This document shows, piece by piece, positions 1 through 10,824 of a stretch of 64,000 nt of DNA (its first letter is position 1; every line of letters begins with the position of its first letter). The stretch spans positions 124,001 to 188,000 of the forward strand of contig NIVC01001887.1 in assembly GCA_002269645.1 (NCBI GenBank). The letters run 5' to 3'. The notes beneath the pieces were generated by a model. The model searched no databases. It saw nothing but the letters and a program-made list of their open reading frames with translations, and was not told the DNA's origin. Origin of the DNA: Macrostomum lignano (Eukaryota). The translations under genes were made by a program, and so were the position numbers.

Positions 1-1400
1 TGTCTGTCTAATATGTGTCACTGCCTGTCTTCTGTGTGTCACTGTCTGTCTTCTGTGCGTCACTGTCTGTCTTCTGTGTGTCACTGCCTGTCTTCTGTGT
101 GTCACTGCCTGTCTAATGTGTGTCACTGCCTGTCTTCTGTGTGTCACTGCCTGTCTTCTGTGTGTCACTGCCTGTCTTCTGTGTGTCACTGCCTGTCTTC
201 TGTGCGTCACTGTCTGTCTTCTGTGTGTCACTGCCTGTCTTCTGTGTGTCACTGCCTGTCTTCTGTGCGTCACTGTCTGTCTTCTGTGTGTCACTGTCTG
301 TCTTCTGTGCGTCACTGTCTGTCTTCTGTGTGTCACTGCCTGTCTTCTGTGTGTCACTGCCTGTCTAATGTGTGTCACTGCCTGTCTTCTGTGTGTCACT
401 GCCTGTCTTCTGTGTGTCACTGCCTGTCTTCTGTGTGTCACTGCCTGTCTTCTGTGTGTCACTGTCTGTCTTCTGTGTGTCACTTCCAGTCTAATGTGTG
501 TCACTGCCTGTCTTCTGTGTGTCACTGCCTGTCTTCTGTGCGTCACTGCCTGTTTTCTGTGTGTCACTGCCTGTCTAATGTGTGTCACTGTCTGTCTTCT
601 GTGTGTAATTGCCTGTCTTCTGTGTGTCACTGTCTGTCTTCTGTGTGTCACTTCCAGTCTAATGTGTGTCACTGCCTGTCTTCTGTGTGTCACTGCCTGT
701 CTTCTGTGCGTCACTGTCTGTCTAATATGTGTCACTGCCTGTCTAATGTGTGTCACTGCCTGTCTTCTGTGTGTCACTGCCTGTCTTCTGTGCGTCACTG
801 CCTGTTTTCTGTGTGTCACTGCCTGTCTAATGTGTGTCACTGTCTGTCTTCTGTGTGTCACTTCCAGTCTAATGTGTGTCACTGCCTGTCTTCTGTGTGT
901 CACTGCCTGTCTTCTGTGCGTCACTGTCTGTCTAATATGTGTCACTGCCTGTCTAATGTGTGTCACTGCCTGTCTTCTGTGTGTCACTGCCTGTCTTCTG
1001 TGCGTCACTGCCTGTTTTCTGTGTGTCACTGCCTGTCTAATGTGTGTCACTGCCTGTCTTCTGTGCGTCACTGCCTGTTTTCTGTGTGTCACTGCCTGTC
1101 TAATGTGTGTCACTGTCTGTCTTCTGTGTGTAATTGCCTGTCTTCTGTGTATCACTGTCTGTCTTCTGTGTGTCACTTCCAGTCTAATGTGTGTCACTGC
1201 CTGTCTTCTGTGCGTCACTGTCTGTCTAATATGTGTCACTGCCTGTCTTCTGTGTGTCACTGTCTGTCTTCTGTGTGTCACTGCCTGTCTTCTGTGTGTC
1301 ACTGTCTGTCTTCTGTGTGTCACTTCCTGTCTAATGTGTGTCACTGCCTGTCTTCTGTGTGTCACTGCCTGTCTTCTGTGTGTCACTGCCTGTTTTCTTT
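1..1400. repeat. 21-bp minisatellite (TGTGTCACTGCCTGTCTTCTG)n, runs off the window start
   Basis: Tandem units visible directly; 7-aa periodicity (CHCLSSV) in the ORF track. Confidence 0.97.
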
Positions 1401-1769
1401 GTGTGCTGTCACTGTCGCATTTCACCGTTGCCATGGGGACGCCCAGCAATAGCCGCAGTCCCCACATGTGTGCAGTTAATCCATCACCTCTCAGGCTGAG
1501 CCTCTCTGCCCAAGATTAAGCTTTGAGAATGTTTACCAAAAATAGCCACCGGAATGTGGGAGCGGGCAGGCGATGAATCAAATGCTCAGAAATGAAGTCT
1601 TCTCCCGGCTAAAGCAGATTTCCCAGCTAGATTGGAAAGGAGATTCCAATAAAAATATTTAAATGGCCGCCTTGAGTTTTTTCCAAGATTTTAAAGAAGT
1701 CAACTTCATTTGCTTTTGAGAATTGGCTGTCCTTTTGCAATTTCTGACTGCCTTCCTGGATGTTCCAGG

Positions 1770-2503
1770 ACTGCACTGGCTGTCCTGGGTATCTCAGACT
1801 CTGTCCTGTGTATCTCAGACTCTACCCTGGGTATCTCAGGCTCTACCCTGGGTATCTCAGGCTCTATCCTGGGTATCTCAGACTCTATCCTGGGTATCTC
1901 AGACTCTATCCTGGGTATCTCAGGCTCTATCCTGGGTATCTCAGGCTCTACCCTGGGTATCTCAGGCTCTATCCTGGGTATCTCAGACTCTATCCTGGGT
2001 ATCCCAGACTATCCTGGGTATCCCAGACTATCCTAGGTATCTCAGACTCTATCCTGGGTATCTCAGAATATCCTAGGTATCTCAGACTCTATCCTGGGTA
2101 TCTCAGACTATCCTAGGTATCTCAGACTCTATCCTGGGTATCTCAGATTCTATCCTGGGTGTCTCAGACTCTATCCTGGGTATCTCAGACTCTATCCTGG
2201 GTATCTCAGACTCTATCCTAGGTATCTCAGACTCTATCCTGGGTATCTCAGACTCTATCCTCCTGCGTATCTCAAACTGCGCTGGCTGTCCTGGGTATCT
2301 CAGACTCTATCCTGGGTATCCCAGACTGCACTGGCTGTCCTGGGTATCTCAGACTCTATCCTGGGTATCCCAGACTGCACTGGCTGTCCTGGGTATCTCA
2401 GACTCTATCCTGGGTATCCCAGACTGCACTGGCTGTCCTGGGTATCTCAGACTCTATCCTGGGTATCCCAGACTGCACTGGCTGTCCTGGGTATCTCAGA
2501 CTC
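1770..2503. repeat. 21-bp minisatellite (CTCTATCCTGGGTATCTCAGA)n
   Basis: Tandem units; 7-aa period GYLRLYP in the ORF track. Confidence 0.95.
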
Positions 2504-2930
2504 ATATTTAGGTAGTCTGGCAAGCAATTCCACCAAGACAAGGACGAGCGGGATTAAGCCAAAAGTACATTTCACTAATTCGCACACTTCCAGTTCAACC
2601 AGGTTGAACTCTGCTTTCCCTACCAGGTGGTTCCGGGATTTAAAAGCGGCCTGGGCTGCTGGCTCCCCAGCTGCCAGCAATTCCGGGTGTTGGGAATTAA
2701 AAGCGGGGACTGCGGCTCTCCTAGGTTTTTAAGGCTTTGTAGGAAATCAAAAAATTCAACCAAAATCACGTGACAGTCAAAATTTACCGCAATATTTTTT
2801 AGGTATTGACAGCTGTATTGACTCTCATTTCCTCACTTAACACAAAAGATCAAAAAGTTAAAAGTCTAGCAAAAACGGCACTGTTCAGATATCATGCACA
2901 GCTGTGCATGTCCAAAACTGCTACTTGCAG

Positions 2931-4823
2931 TAGTTCGCAATCACCACTACTGCATTGACCTCCTCCTCCAGAAGCTGTACGAGGCCAGCGAGAGCGACCG
3001 CGCCGAGCTCAAGCAGCGCATCGGGGAGCTGAGCCGGCGGACCCGGCAGCAGGAGACTCAGCTGAGCGCGGCGGCGCAGGACTGGCTGAAGAAGAACCGC
3101 CAGCTGGGCGTCATGCGGGAGGACGTGCGCTGGAAGAAGGTTGGAAAATTTCTGGGATGCAATTTCGGATGCTTTTGTGCGCGAGCGTAAGGATGCGGAG
3201 TGTCTGTGGGTGAGGATGTGGAGTGTCTGTGGGTAAGGATGCGGAGTGTCTGTGGGTGAGGATGCGGAGTGTCTGTGGGTGAGGATGCGGAGTGTCTGTG
3301 GGTGAGGATGTGGAGTGTCTGTGGGTGAGGATGCAGAGTGTCTGTGGGTGAGGATGCGGAGTGTCTGTGGGTGAGGATGCGGAGTGTCTGTGGGTGAGGA
3401 TGTGGAGTGTCTGTGGGTGAGGATGCGGAGTGTCTGTGGGTGAGGATGCGGAGTGTCTGTGGGTTTCTGTGGGTGAGGGTGCGGAGTGTCTGTTGGTGTC
3501 TGTGGGTAAGGATGCGGAGTGTTTGTGGGTGTCTGTGGGAAAGGATGCGGAGTGTCTGTTGGTGTCTGTGGGTAAGGATGCGGAGTGTCTGTGGGTGAGG
3601 ATGCGGAGTGTCTGTGGGTGAGGATGCGGAGTGTCTGTGGATTTCTGTGGGTGAGGGTGCGGAGTGTCTGTTGGTGTCTGTGGGTGAGGATGCGGAGTGT
3701 CTGTGGGTAAGGATGCGGAGTGTTTGTGGGTGTCTGTGGGAAAGGATGCGGAGTGTTTGTGGGTGTCTGTGGGAAAGGATGCGGAGTGTTTGTGGGTGTC
3801 TGTGGGAAAGGATGCGGAGTGTTTGTGGGTGTCTGTGGGAAAGGATGCGGAGTGTTTGTGGGTGTCTGTGGGAAAGGATGCGGAGTGTTTGTGGGTGTCT
3901 GTGGGAAAGGATGCGGAGTGTTTGTGGGTGTCTGTGGGAAAGGATGCGGAGTGTCTGTGGGTTTCTGTGGGTGAGGGTGCGGAGTGTCTGTTGGTGTCTG
4001 TGGGAAAGGATGCGGAGTGTTTGTGGGTGTCTGTGGGTGAGGATGCGGAGTGTTTGTGGGTGTCTGTGGGTAAGAATGCGGAGTGTTTGTGGGTGTCTGT
4101 GGGAAAGGATGCGGAGTGTCTGTGGGTTTCTGTGGGAAAGGATGCGGAGTGTTTGTGGGTGTCTGTGGGTGAGGATGCGGAGTGTCTGTGGGTTTCTGTG
4201 GGTGAGGGTGCAGAGTGTCTGTTGGTGTCTGTGGGAAAGGATGCGGAGTGTTTGTGGGTGTCTGTGGGAAAGGATGCGGAGTGTTTGTGGGTGTTTGTGG
4301 GAAAGGATGCGGAGTGTTTGTGGGTGTCTGTGGGAAAGGATGCGGAGTGTTTGTGGGTGTCTGTGGGTAAGAATGCGGAGTGTTTGTGGGTGTCTGTGGG
4401 TAAGGATGCGGAGTGTTTGTGGGTGTCTGTGGGAAAGGATGCGGAGTGTTTGTGGGTGTCTGTGGGAAAGGATGCGGAGTGTTCAAAGGAAAGAGTTTTC
4501 TAGTGCCCTGCTCTGAGCCCGAAGGTCCCAGTGCGCGTGTTTTCTCAACGCCTACAGCCACCAACAAATCTCCTCTCAATGCTTTCCCTCTTGCTCAGAT
4601 TGAGTCCCGCGTGACCCACAAGCTGGACATGGGCAGCACGGCCACCTACGAGCTGCCGAAGGCGGCCTACCTGCCCAAGCGGCTCGCCCAGTCGCTGAAA
4701 GAAGACGGTGGAGGCGGAGGCGGGGGCAGCGGCTCGCAGAAGCGGAGCGATTCTCCTCAGCGATCCCCGCCAAAGTCGAGCAGCGGCGCCAGGAAGGAAG
4801 GCCGGAAAAGCACGGCAGCATAG
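2931..4823 (+). CDS. Last two exons of an unidentified coiled-coil protein gene: exons 2931(or 2934)-3139 and 4599-4823 (stop TAG); upstream exons not identified, probably before the window start
   Basis: GC-rich codon-like exons; NAGNAG acceptor (CAG TAG at 2928-2933); donor GT at 3140; acceptor AG at 4597-4598; phase-0 join reads ...REDVRWKK|IESRVTHKLD...; heptad-like helical segment. Family not recognised. Confidence 0.75.
3190..4482. repeat. Intronic minisatellite: 23-bp unit (GAGTGTCTGTGGGTGAGGATGCG) changing to a 33-bp unit
   Basis: Tandem units; the later part shows an 11-aa period (MRSVCGCLWER). Confidence 0.95.
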
Positions 4824-5118
4824 CGCTTGGTCTGGTTGCTGAGGACTGACTGTTTGACAGGACTGCACCTGAAACCATGTATATACCTGCCCGCTTGTTT
4901 CTTGATTGTTTCTAAGTACACTGACGCACTAAATTATCGACTTCCGCTCCGTATAAAAGTATTGACTGGATTTTGTGACCGGCAATGATTAGGCGATTAA
5001 AATTTGAAAAAAATTGTGCCTTACGTTTATTTAATTTAATTTATTAAAAATTGATTGCAGAGTGGAGGAAGCAAGTGGGGACCGAAAATTGACAGATTTT
5101 TCAAGCACATTAGCTGAT

Positions 5119-5823
<705 letters not shown>

Positions 5824-5824
5824 A

Positions 5825-5833
5825 TCCTCCCCG
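5825..5833 (-). other. Polypurine tract (GGGGAGGA) abutting the 3' LTR
   Basis: Purine run immediately 5' of the 3' LTR on the element strand. Confidence 0.75.
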
Positions 5834-5979
5834 GCGAAAAAGATCCATAACATTCGAACGAATAATTCGAAGGAAACATAAGAACAGTAAAACATTCGAA
5901 ACAATATTGGTATAAAGAATTTCTCGCTTTCAAATAATTCGCAATAGTCAGTAGAACAGTCACTGAGTCAATTAACAAT

Positions 5980-8900
5980 TCAACCGGCCACATAGCGATC
6001 CACCGGCATCCGCCTACGCACCGGGTAGCGTCTCGGGGGAGGCTCCACGTCCGCCTCATCGCCGTCGTGCGCCGCGTGCGCAAAGGGCGGCTGCAGGAAG
6101 CGCTCTCCGTCAGGGACTGGCAGGATCCGCGGCCGCAGACGATTCACATTCACCCTGCGGGTCCGGCCGTTCTCGATCTTTCGAATTTCGACTACCAGAT
6201 CCCGCTGCGACAGCACCTGCCAGCCCGGCTCCCAGTACGGCGCCAGCTTGGAACCCCTCAGCTCGATGCGCAGCAGGACCTCGTCTCCAGGACTGAACGT
6301 GCGCAGCTGCCAGGTCGACCTGTCGTAGCCGCTCTTTTGCTCGCCAGCCGCCTGCACCAGATGCTCCTCGACAAACTCTCGAATTCGCAGCAGGTCGGCC
6401 TCGAGCTTGTCGGCGTAGGTGCGCACGTCATAAAATCGCCTAGACTGCTGGCTGATGACCGGCAGGCTCGGATTGCGCCCGGTGAACACCTTCAGTGGCG
6501 GCAGCTGTGTTGAGCAGTGCACCCGGGAATTGTAGGACAGCAGGATCAGTGGCAGCTTGTCCTCCCACTCGCTCTCTCGCTCGGTGAAACACCTGAGTAA
6601 CTGTAGCACTGACTTGTTGCCCGACTCTGCTAATCCGTTGTCTTTGGGATTGTAAGCCGTTGTTCTTGTCTTCGTGACTCCCAGGCCTCGCAGAGTGTCT
6701 TGAAAAAGCTGAGACTCGAAATTCGGTCCTTGATCGGAGTGGATGACTCGGGGAAGTCCAGTCTGGGAGCAGATGGAGAGGAAGGCGCGAGCAGTAGTCT
6801 CAGCAGTCTGGTCAGGAATCGCCACGGCCGTCAGGCACTTGGAAAACTGATCTTGAGCCACCAGGAGGTATTTGTTGCCGCGCGATGATGGCGCCACCTT
6901 GACGATGTCGATAGCCACAGAATCCCACGGCGAGCCGATTGGCAGTTCTCCGAGTGGCGCGCTGGTCCGCGAGCCCGCTTTCTTCTCCTGACAGACAGAA
7001 CAACTCTTGCAGTGTTGCACGATGTCTTCAGCCATGCCGGGCCAGTAGGCGGTCAGTTTCAGTGTGCGGTAGCATTTCTCGGCTCCAAAATGACCTCCCA
7101 GACCTTCGTGAGCGTTGGTCAAAAACTGTTGTCGAAGCCGCGCTGGCACCACTGGAACCTCCCGCAGGCCGTCCGGGTCATTGAACTTGCGCAGTAGAAC
7201 ACCGTCATCATCCAGCTTCAGCTTCTTCCAGATTCTGCCGAGTTGCTGCAGTGGTCCTGCTCGCCATCTGGGTGCAATTTCTGCGTCCTTGTCCATCGCC
7301 TGAATCACCTGGCTGAGCTCCGGGTCATGTCGCTGCGCAGTTTTGAGCTCTTCAGTGTCGATTTCCGGAGTCAGCTGTGTAGCTGCGACTTCTTGGCCGT
7401 GCAGTCTGGACAGCGCGTCAGCATCTGTGTTCTCAACGCCTCTTCGGTACTTGACGGTGAAGTCGAACTCTTGAAGCAGCAGACACCATCGTCCTAGCCT
7501 GCCGTAGCTGTCAACTCTCTGTGAATCGATGTAGGTGAGCGGGCAGTGATCCGTGTGCACCGTGAAATGCTTGCCGAGAAGATAGTGGCGAAAAACTTTG
7601 AATGCGTGCAGGATGGCCAGGCACTCCTTTTCTGTTGCAGAGTATTTCTTCTCAGCTGAATTGAATGCGCGGCTTGAGAACTCGATCACCGCCTCGCCTT
7701 GCTTCAGAATTGCACCGACTCCGCTGCCACTGGCATCCGTGAAGACTGAGAACTCCTTAGTGAAATCCGGGTTCACCAGGATCGGAGGACTAATTAGGCA
7801 CCTTTTGAGCTCGTCGAAGGCCGTCTGGCATTCCGAAGTCCAGTCAAATGGGACGCCCTTGCCAGTCAGATGGTGCAGCGGTGCGGCGATGGCAGCGAAG
7901 TTGGCTACATGGCGTCGGTATTGGTTGCACAGGCCGATGAACTGACGCACCTCCTTGGCTGACCTCGGCTCTCTCCACTGCTGAATTGCCTCCAGCTTCT
8001 CCTGGCTGGGCTGGGCACCATCCTTTGAATACCGTGTGCCGAGAAAGGTCACTTCGGGTACCGCGATCTTGCACTTGGAGCCTCTTAATGTCAGTCCGGC
8101 TGCTCGAAGTCGCTCGAAGGTCTCTCGAAGTTGCCGCAGATAATCCGACTTGGTCTTTGAGAAGCACAGGCTGTCATCGAAGAACGTGAAGACGAAATCG
8201 CAGCCGTTGAACACTTTTGACATTAGCATGCAGAATGTGCTTGGGCCCCCCGACAGACCTTGGGGCATTCTCTTAAATTGGTACAGCGGCATCCCTGGTC
8301 CCGGACAGAAAGCAGTTTTTAGCTTGTCTTCTTCTGCCATCGGAATTTGAAAATAGCCTCCATTGAGATCCAACACAGAGAACACTGAACTGCCTGCGAT
8401 TCGATCTCTTGCCTCCTCCATCAACGGAATTCCCTGTGCAGAGCGAATAGTCTTCTTGTTGATCTCTCGATAGTCTATGGTCAGGCGGAGACTGCCATCC
8501 TTCTTTGTCACGTACACCGGTGGGGCCACGTACGGACTTTCGCTCAGCTCTATCACGTCGTTCTCCAGCAGTTCCTGAATTAGCTGCTCTACCTTCTCCC
8601 GGTAATGCACAGGCATTCGGCGCGGTGGCACTCGGACAGGTACTTCATCCGAGAGAACAATTCGGTGCTGTTGCAGATGAGTTAGTCCCGGCTTTTTCTT
8701 GAACAAGTCTTTGAACTCCACCAGCAACCGTTGTACATCAGGGTCGTCGGTAGTCGGCAACTCGAACTCTTCACAGCTGAACTCGGGGACGAGAGCGTCT
8801 TCGATGTCAACTGGATCGTCGGTGTCAGCCTGGAATCTGGTGCTGCAGACTTGGCCGGCTTCTTGTGAAGATCCTGTGAAGTCCAGTTGCAAATTATGCT

Positions 8901-9315
8901 TGCCGATGAAGTCGACTCCAACAATGACAGGGCAGACCAAACCTGACACAACGAAAAACAATTGCCGGGCTGTCACTCCACCGACTGTAAGTGGCAATTC
9001 GATTTGCCGTTCTATGCTAATTGGCTGCTTGTTCACTGAATGAAGTTGCACTCTGGCTGCAGTTGCCTGTCTGAGCTGGGATTTTGTCAGGATGCTGGAC
9101 TCAACTAGTGAGCACTGGCTTCCGGTGTCTAACAGCGCCTTCACACTTCTGCCATCAAGCTTGCACTCACACTGCGATAGTCGGTCGGGCGCGACGCTGC
9201 ATCCGTTGAAGATCCCGCCGACTGTGAGCGCCGGCTTTGAAGCCGCTGCTGCTGGGCCCGCAGTTACTGCTGGCCGGGGTTGCGGGCCCGCACACCCCAG
9301 CCTCTGGCGTTTCCC
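5980..9315 (-). CDS. pol: Gypsy Pol (protease, RT, RNase H, integrase), probably expressed as Gag-Pol by -1 frameshift
   Basis: Protease LLDTGS; RT FTFFDD; RNase H TDASG; integrase HHCC (HEGLGGH...CSVC) and D,D35E; uninterrupted ORF 5980-9336. Confidence 0.96.
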   Translation of the reverse strand, partial: GKRQRLGCAGPQPRPAVTAGPAAAASKPALTVGGIFNGCSVAPDRLSQCECKLDGRSVKALLDTGSQCSLVESSILTKSQLRQATAARVQLHSVNKQPISIERQIELPLTVGGVTARQLFFVVSGLVCPVIVGVDFIGKHNLQLDFTGSSQEAGQVCSTRFQADTDDPVDIEDALVPEFSCEEFELPTTDDPDVQRLLVEFKDLFKKKPGLTHLQQHRIVLSDEVPVRVPPRRMPVHYREKVEQLIQELLENDVIELSESPYVAPPVYVTKKDGSLRLTIDYREINKKTIRSAQGIPLMEEARDRIAGSSVFSVLDLNGGYFQIPMAEEDKLKTAFCPGPGMPLYQFKRMPQGLSGGPSTFCMLMSKVFNGCDFVFTFFDDSLCFSKTKSDYLRQLRETFERLRAAGLTLRGSKCKIAVPEVTFLGTRYSKDGAQPSQEKLEAIQQWREPRSAKEVRQFIGLCNQYRRHVANFAAIAAPLHHLTGKGVPFDWTSECQTAFDELKRCLISPPILVNPDFTKEFSVFTDASGSGVGAILKQGEAVIEFSSRAFNSAEKKYSATEKECLAILHAFKVFRHYLLGKHFTVHTDHCPLTYIDSQRVDSYGRLGRWCLLLQEFDFTVKYRRGVENTDADALSRLHGQEVAATQLTPEIDTEELKTAQRHDPELSQVIQAMDKDAEIAPRWRAGPLQQLGRIWKKLKLDDDGVLLRKFNDPDGLREVPVVPARLRQQFLTNAHEGLGGHFGAEKCYRTLKLTAYWPGMAEDIVQHCKSCSVCQEKKAGSRTSAPLGELPIGSPWDSVAIDIVKVAPSSRGNKYLLVAQDQFSKCLTAVAIPDQTAETTARAFLSICSQTGLPRVIHSDQGPNFESQLFQDTLRGLGVTKTRTTAYNPKDNGLAESGNKSVLQLLRCFTERESEWEDKLPLILLSYNSRVHCSTQLPPLKVFTGRNPSLPVISQQSRRFYDVRTYADKLEADLLRIREFVEEHLVQAAGEQKSGYDRSTWQLRTFSPGDEVLLRIELRGSKLAPYWEPGWQVLSQRDLVVEIRKIENGRTRRVNVNRLRPRILPVPDGERFLQPPFAHAAHDGDEADVEPPPRRYPVRRRMPVDRYVAG
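9254..9315 (-). promoter_or_regulatory. -1 programmed ribosomal frameshift signal: G_GGA_AAC slippery heptamer, 7-nt spacer, predicted pseudoknot
   Basis: Heptamer at 9309-9315 is phased X XXY YYZ in the gag frame; pol lies in the -1 frame; stem 1 9294-9301/9273-9280; stem 2 pairs the loop with 9254-9262. Confidence 0.85.
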
Positions 9316-10073
9316 GGCTGTCGCCTGCTGTAGCAATCTCTGGCAATGTGGCCGGCCTTGTGGCAGTTGTAGCAGATGATGTCAGACTTCGAACGGTGCT
9401 GCGGTCTCGTTGTGCTGCTCGTCCTCACTCCACAGGCTGCCAGCTGCTGCAGCTGGGAACTCAGGGTGCTCACCGATGCCTGCAGACTCTGCACAGTGTC
9501 CCGCAGCTCCTGAACTTCGCTGGATTGGCTCGGCTGAGGTTGCACCGCTGCTGCTGGGATGCTTGGCGAGCTGTGCTGCATCAGTAGCTGGGCCTTTTGA
9601 AGCGCTTGCTCTGAGGTCTTAACGCTGGAGTCCGCGCGAATCTGCCAGCTCACGGATTCGGGAAGGCCACAGACGAACTGATGGAACAGCAGAGCCTCTT
9701 GAGCATCTTTGTTGTCCACGGAGGAGCTTTTGAGCATCTTCTTTAACTCGTAAAGATACATGCGTGGAGTCTCATTCGACAAAATCTTCCTTGATTTGAA
9801 CGCCTCCATGACGGCGAAGTGCTCGCGGTTCGGGTGGAATGCATCATCCAATGCCTGGACTACTTTGTCGTAGTCTGCCTGATCTCCTGCGGACAGTTCC
9901 AAATAAACGACGAGAGCCTCGCCATCCAAAAATGTGGCCAGTCGCTCCGCTTTGCACGTGTCCCACTTGTTGACTTTTGCGCATACATTGAAACGCTGCA
10001 GCCATTCCTTAAAGTTGCCGGTACTGAAAACTCTGGGCAGCGCTGCACTGGCGGTCGAAACTTTCTCAGCCAT
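9264..10073 (-). CDS. gag: Gypsy Gag (269 aa) with a CCHC zinc knuckle
   Basis: CYNCHKAGHIARDC knuckle; capsid-like N-terminus (EWLQRF...KAERLATFLDGEAL); ATG just after the PBS. Confidence 0.93.
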   Translation of the reverse strand: MAEKVSTASAALPRVFSTGNFKEWLQRFNVCAKVNKWDTCKAERLATFLDGEALVVYLELSAGDQADYDKVVQALDDAFHPNREHFAVMEAFKSRKILSNETPRMYLYELKKMLKSSSVDNKDAQEALLFHQFVCGLPESVSWQIRADSSVKTSEQALQKAQLLMQHSSPSIPAAAVQPQPSQSSEVQELRDTVQSLQASVSTLSSQLQQLAACGVRTSSTTRPQHRSKSDIICYNCHKAGHIARDCYSRRQPGNARGWGVRARNPGQQ

Positions 10074-10084
10074 TCTAGAATAAT

Positions 10085-10098
10085 TTGCTCTGCTACCA
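10085..10098 (-). other. Primer-binding site complementary to the 3' end of initiator tRNA-Met
   Basis: TGGTAGCAGAGCAA begins 2 nt after the 5' LTR; complements ...CUCUGCUACCA of metazoan tRNA-iMet. Confidence 0.88.
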
Positions 10099-10100
10099 GT

Positions 10101-10316
10101 TGTAGACTAAGGCAGAGAGATACAACTGAGAGTTGACGAAGCCTCTTGGCGTTTATTAGATCGATACGCAGGTTAAATACGATACAACGATTGTTACAAA
10201 ACTGGGTATAAAAGATAGAGACAGGGGTGGGTGAAAAGCACGTACATGCTGTACAATAGCAACCCCCACCCCGCTCTAGCGACTGGCGCATACAAGTACA
10301 CTTGCAACTCACTACA
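10101..10316 (-). repeat. 5' LTR (216 bp)
   Basis: Identical by eye to 5608-5823. Confidence 0.97.
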
Positions 10317-10818
<502 letters not shown>

Positions 10819-10824
10819 CAGTGC

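Noticed and set aside
13-2116. Long Cys-rich and GYLRLYP ORFs (479, 467, 118 aa)
   Set aside because: Translations of 21-bp minisatellites, open in several frames, with no unique coding sequence
2921-4579. 552-aa Pro/Thr/His-rich minus ORF and the + strand repeat ORFs
   Set aside because: They read through an intronic 23/33-bp array that lies between phase-matched GT-AG sites
9316-9336. Independent start codon for pol at 9336
   Set aside because: The track start is not an ATG (CTG-type); overlap with gag and the slippery site favour frameshift expression
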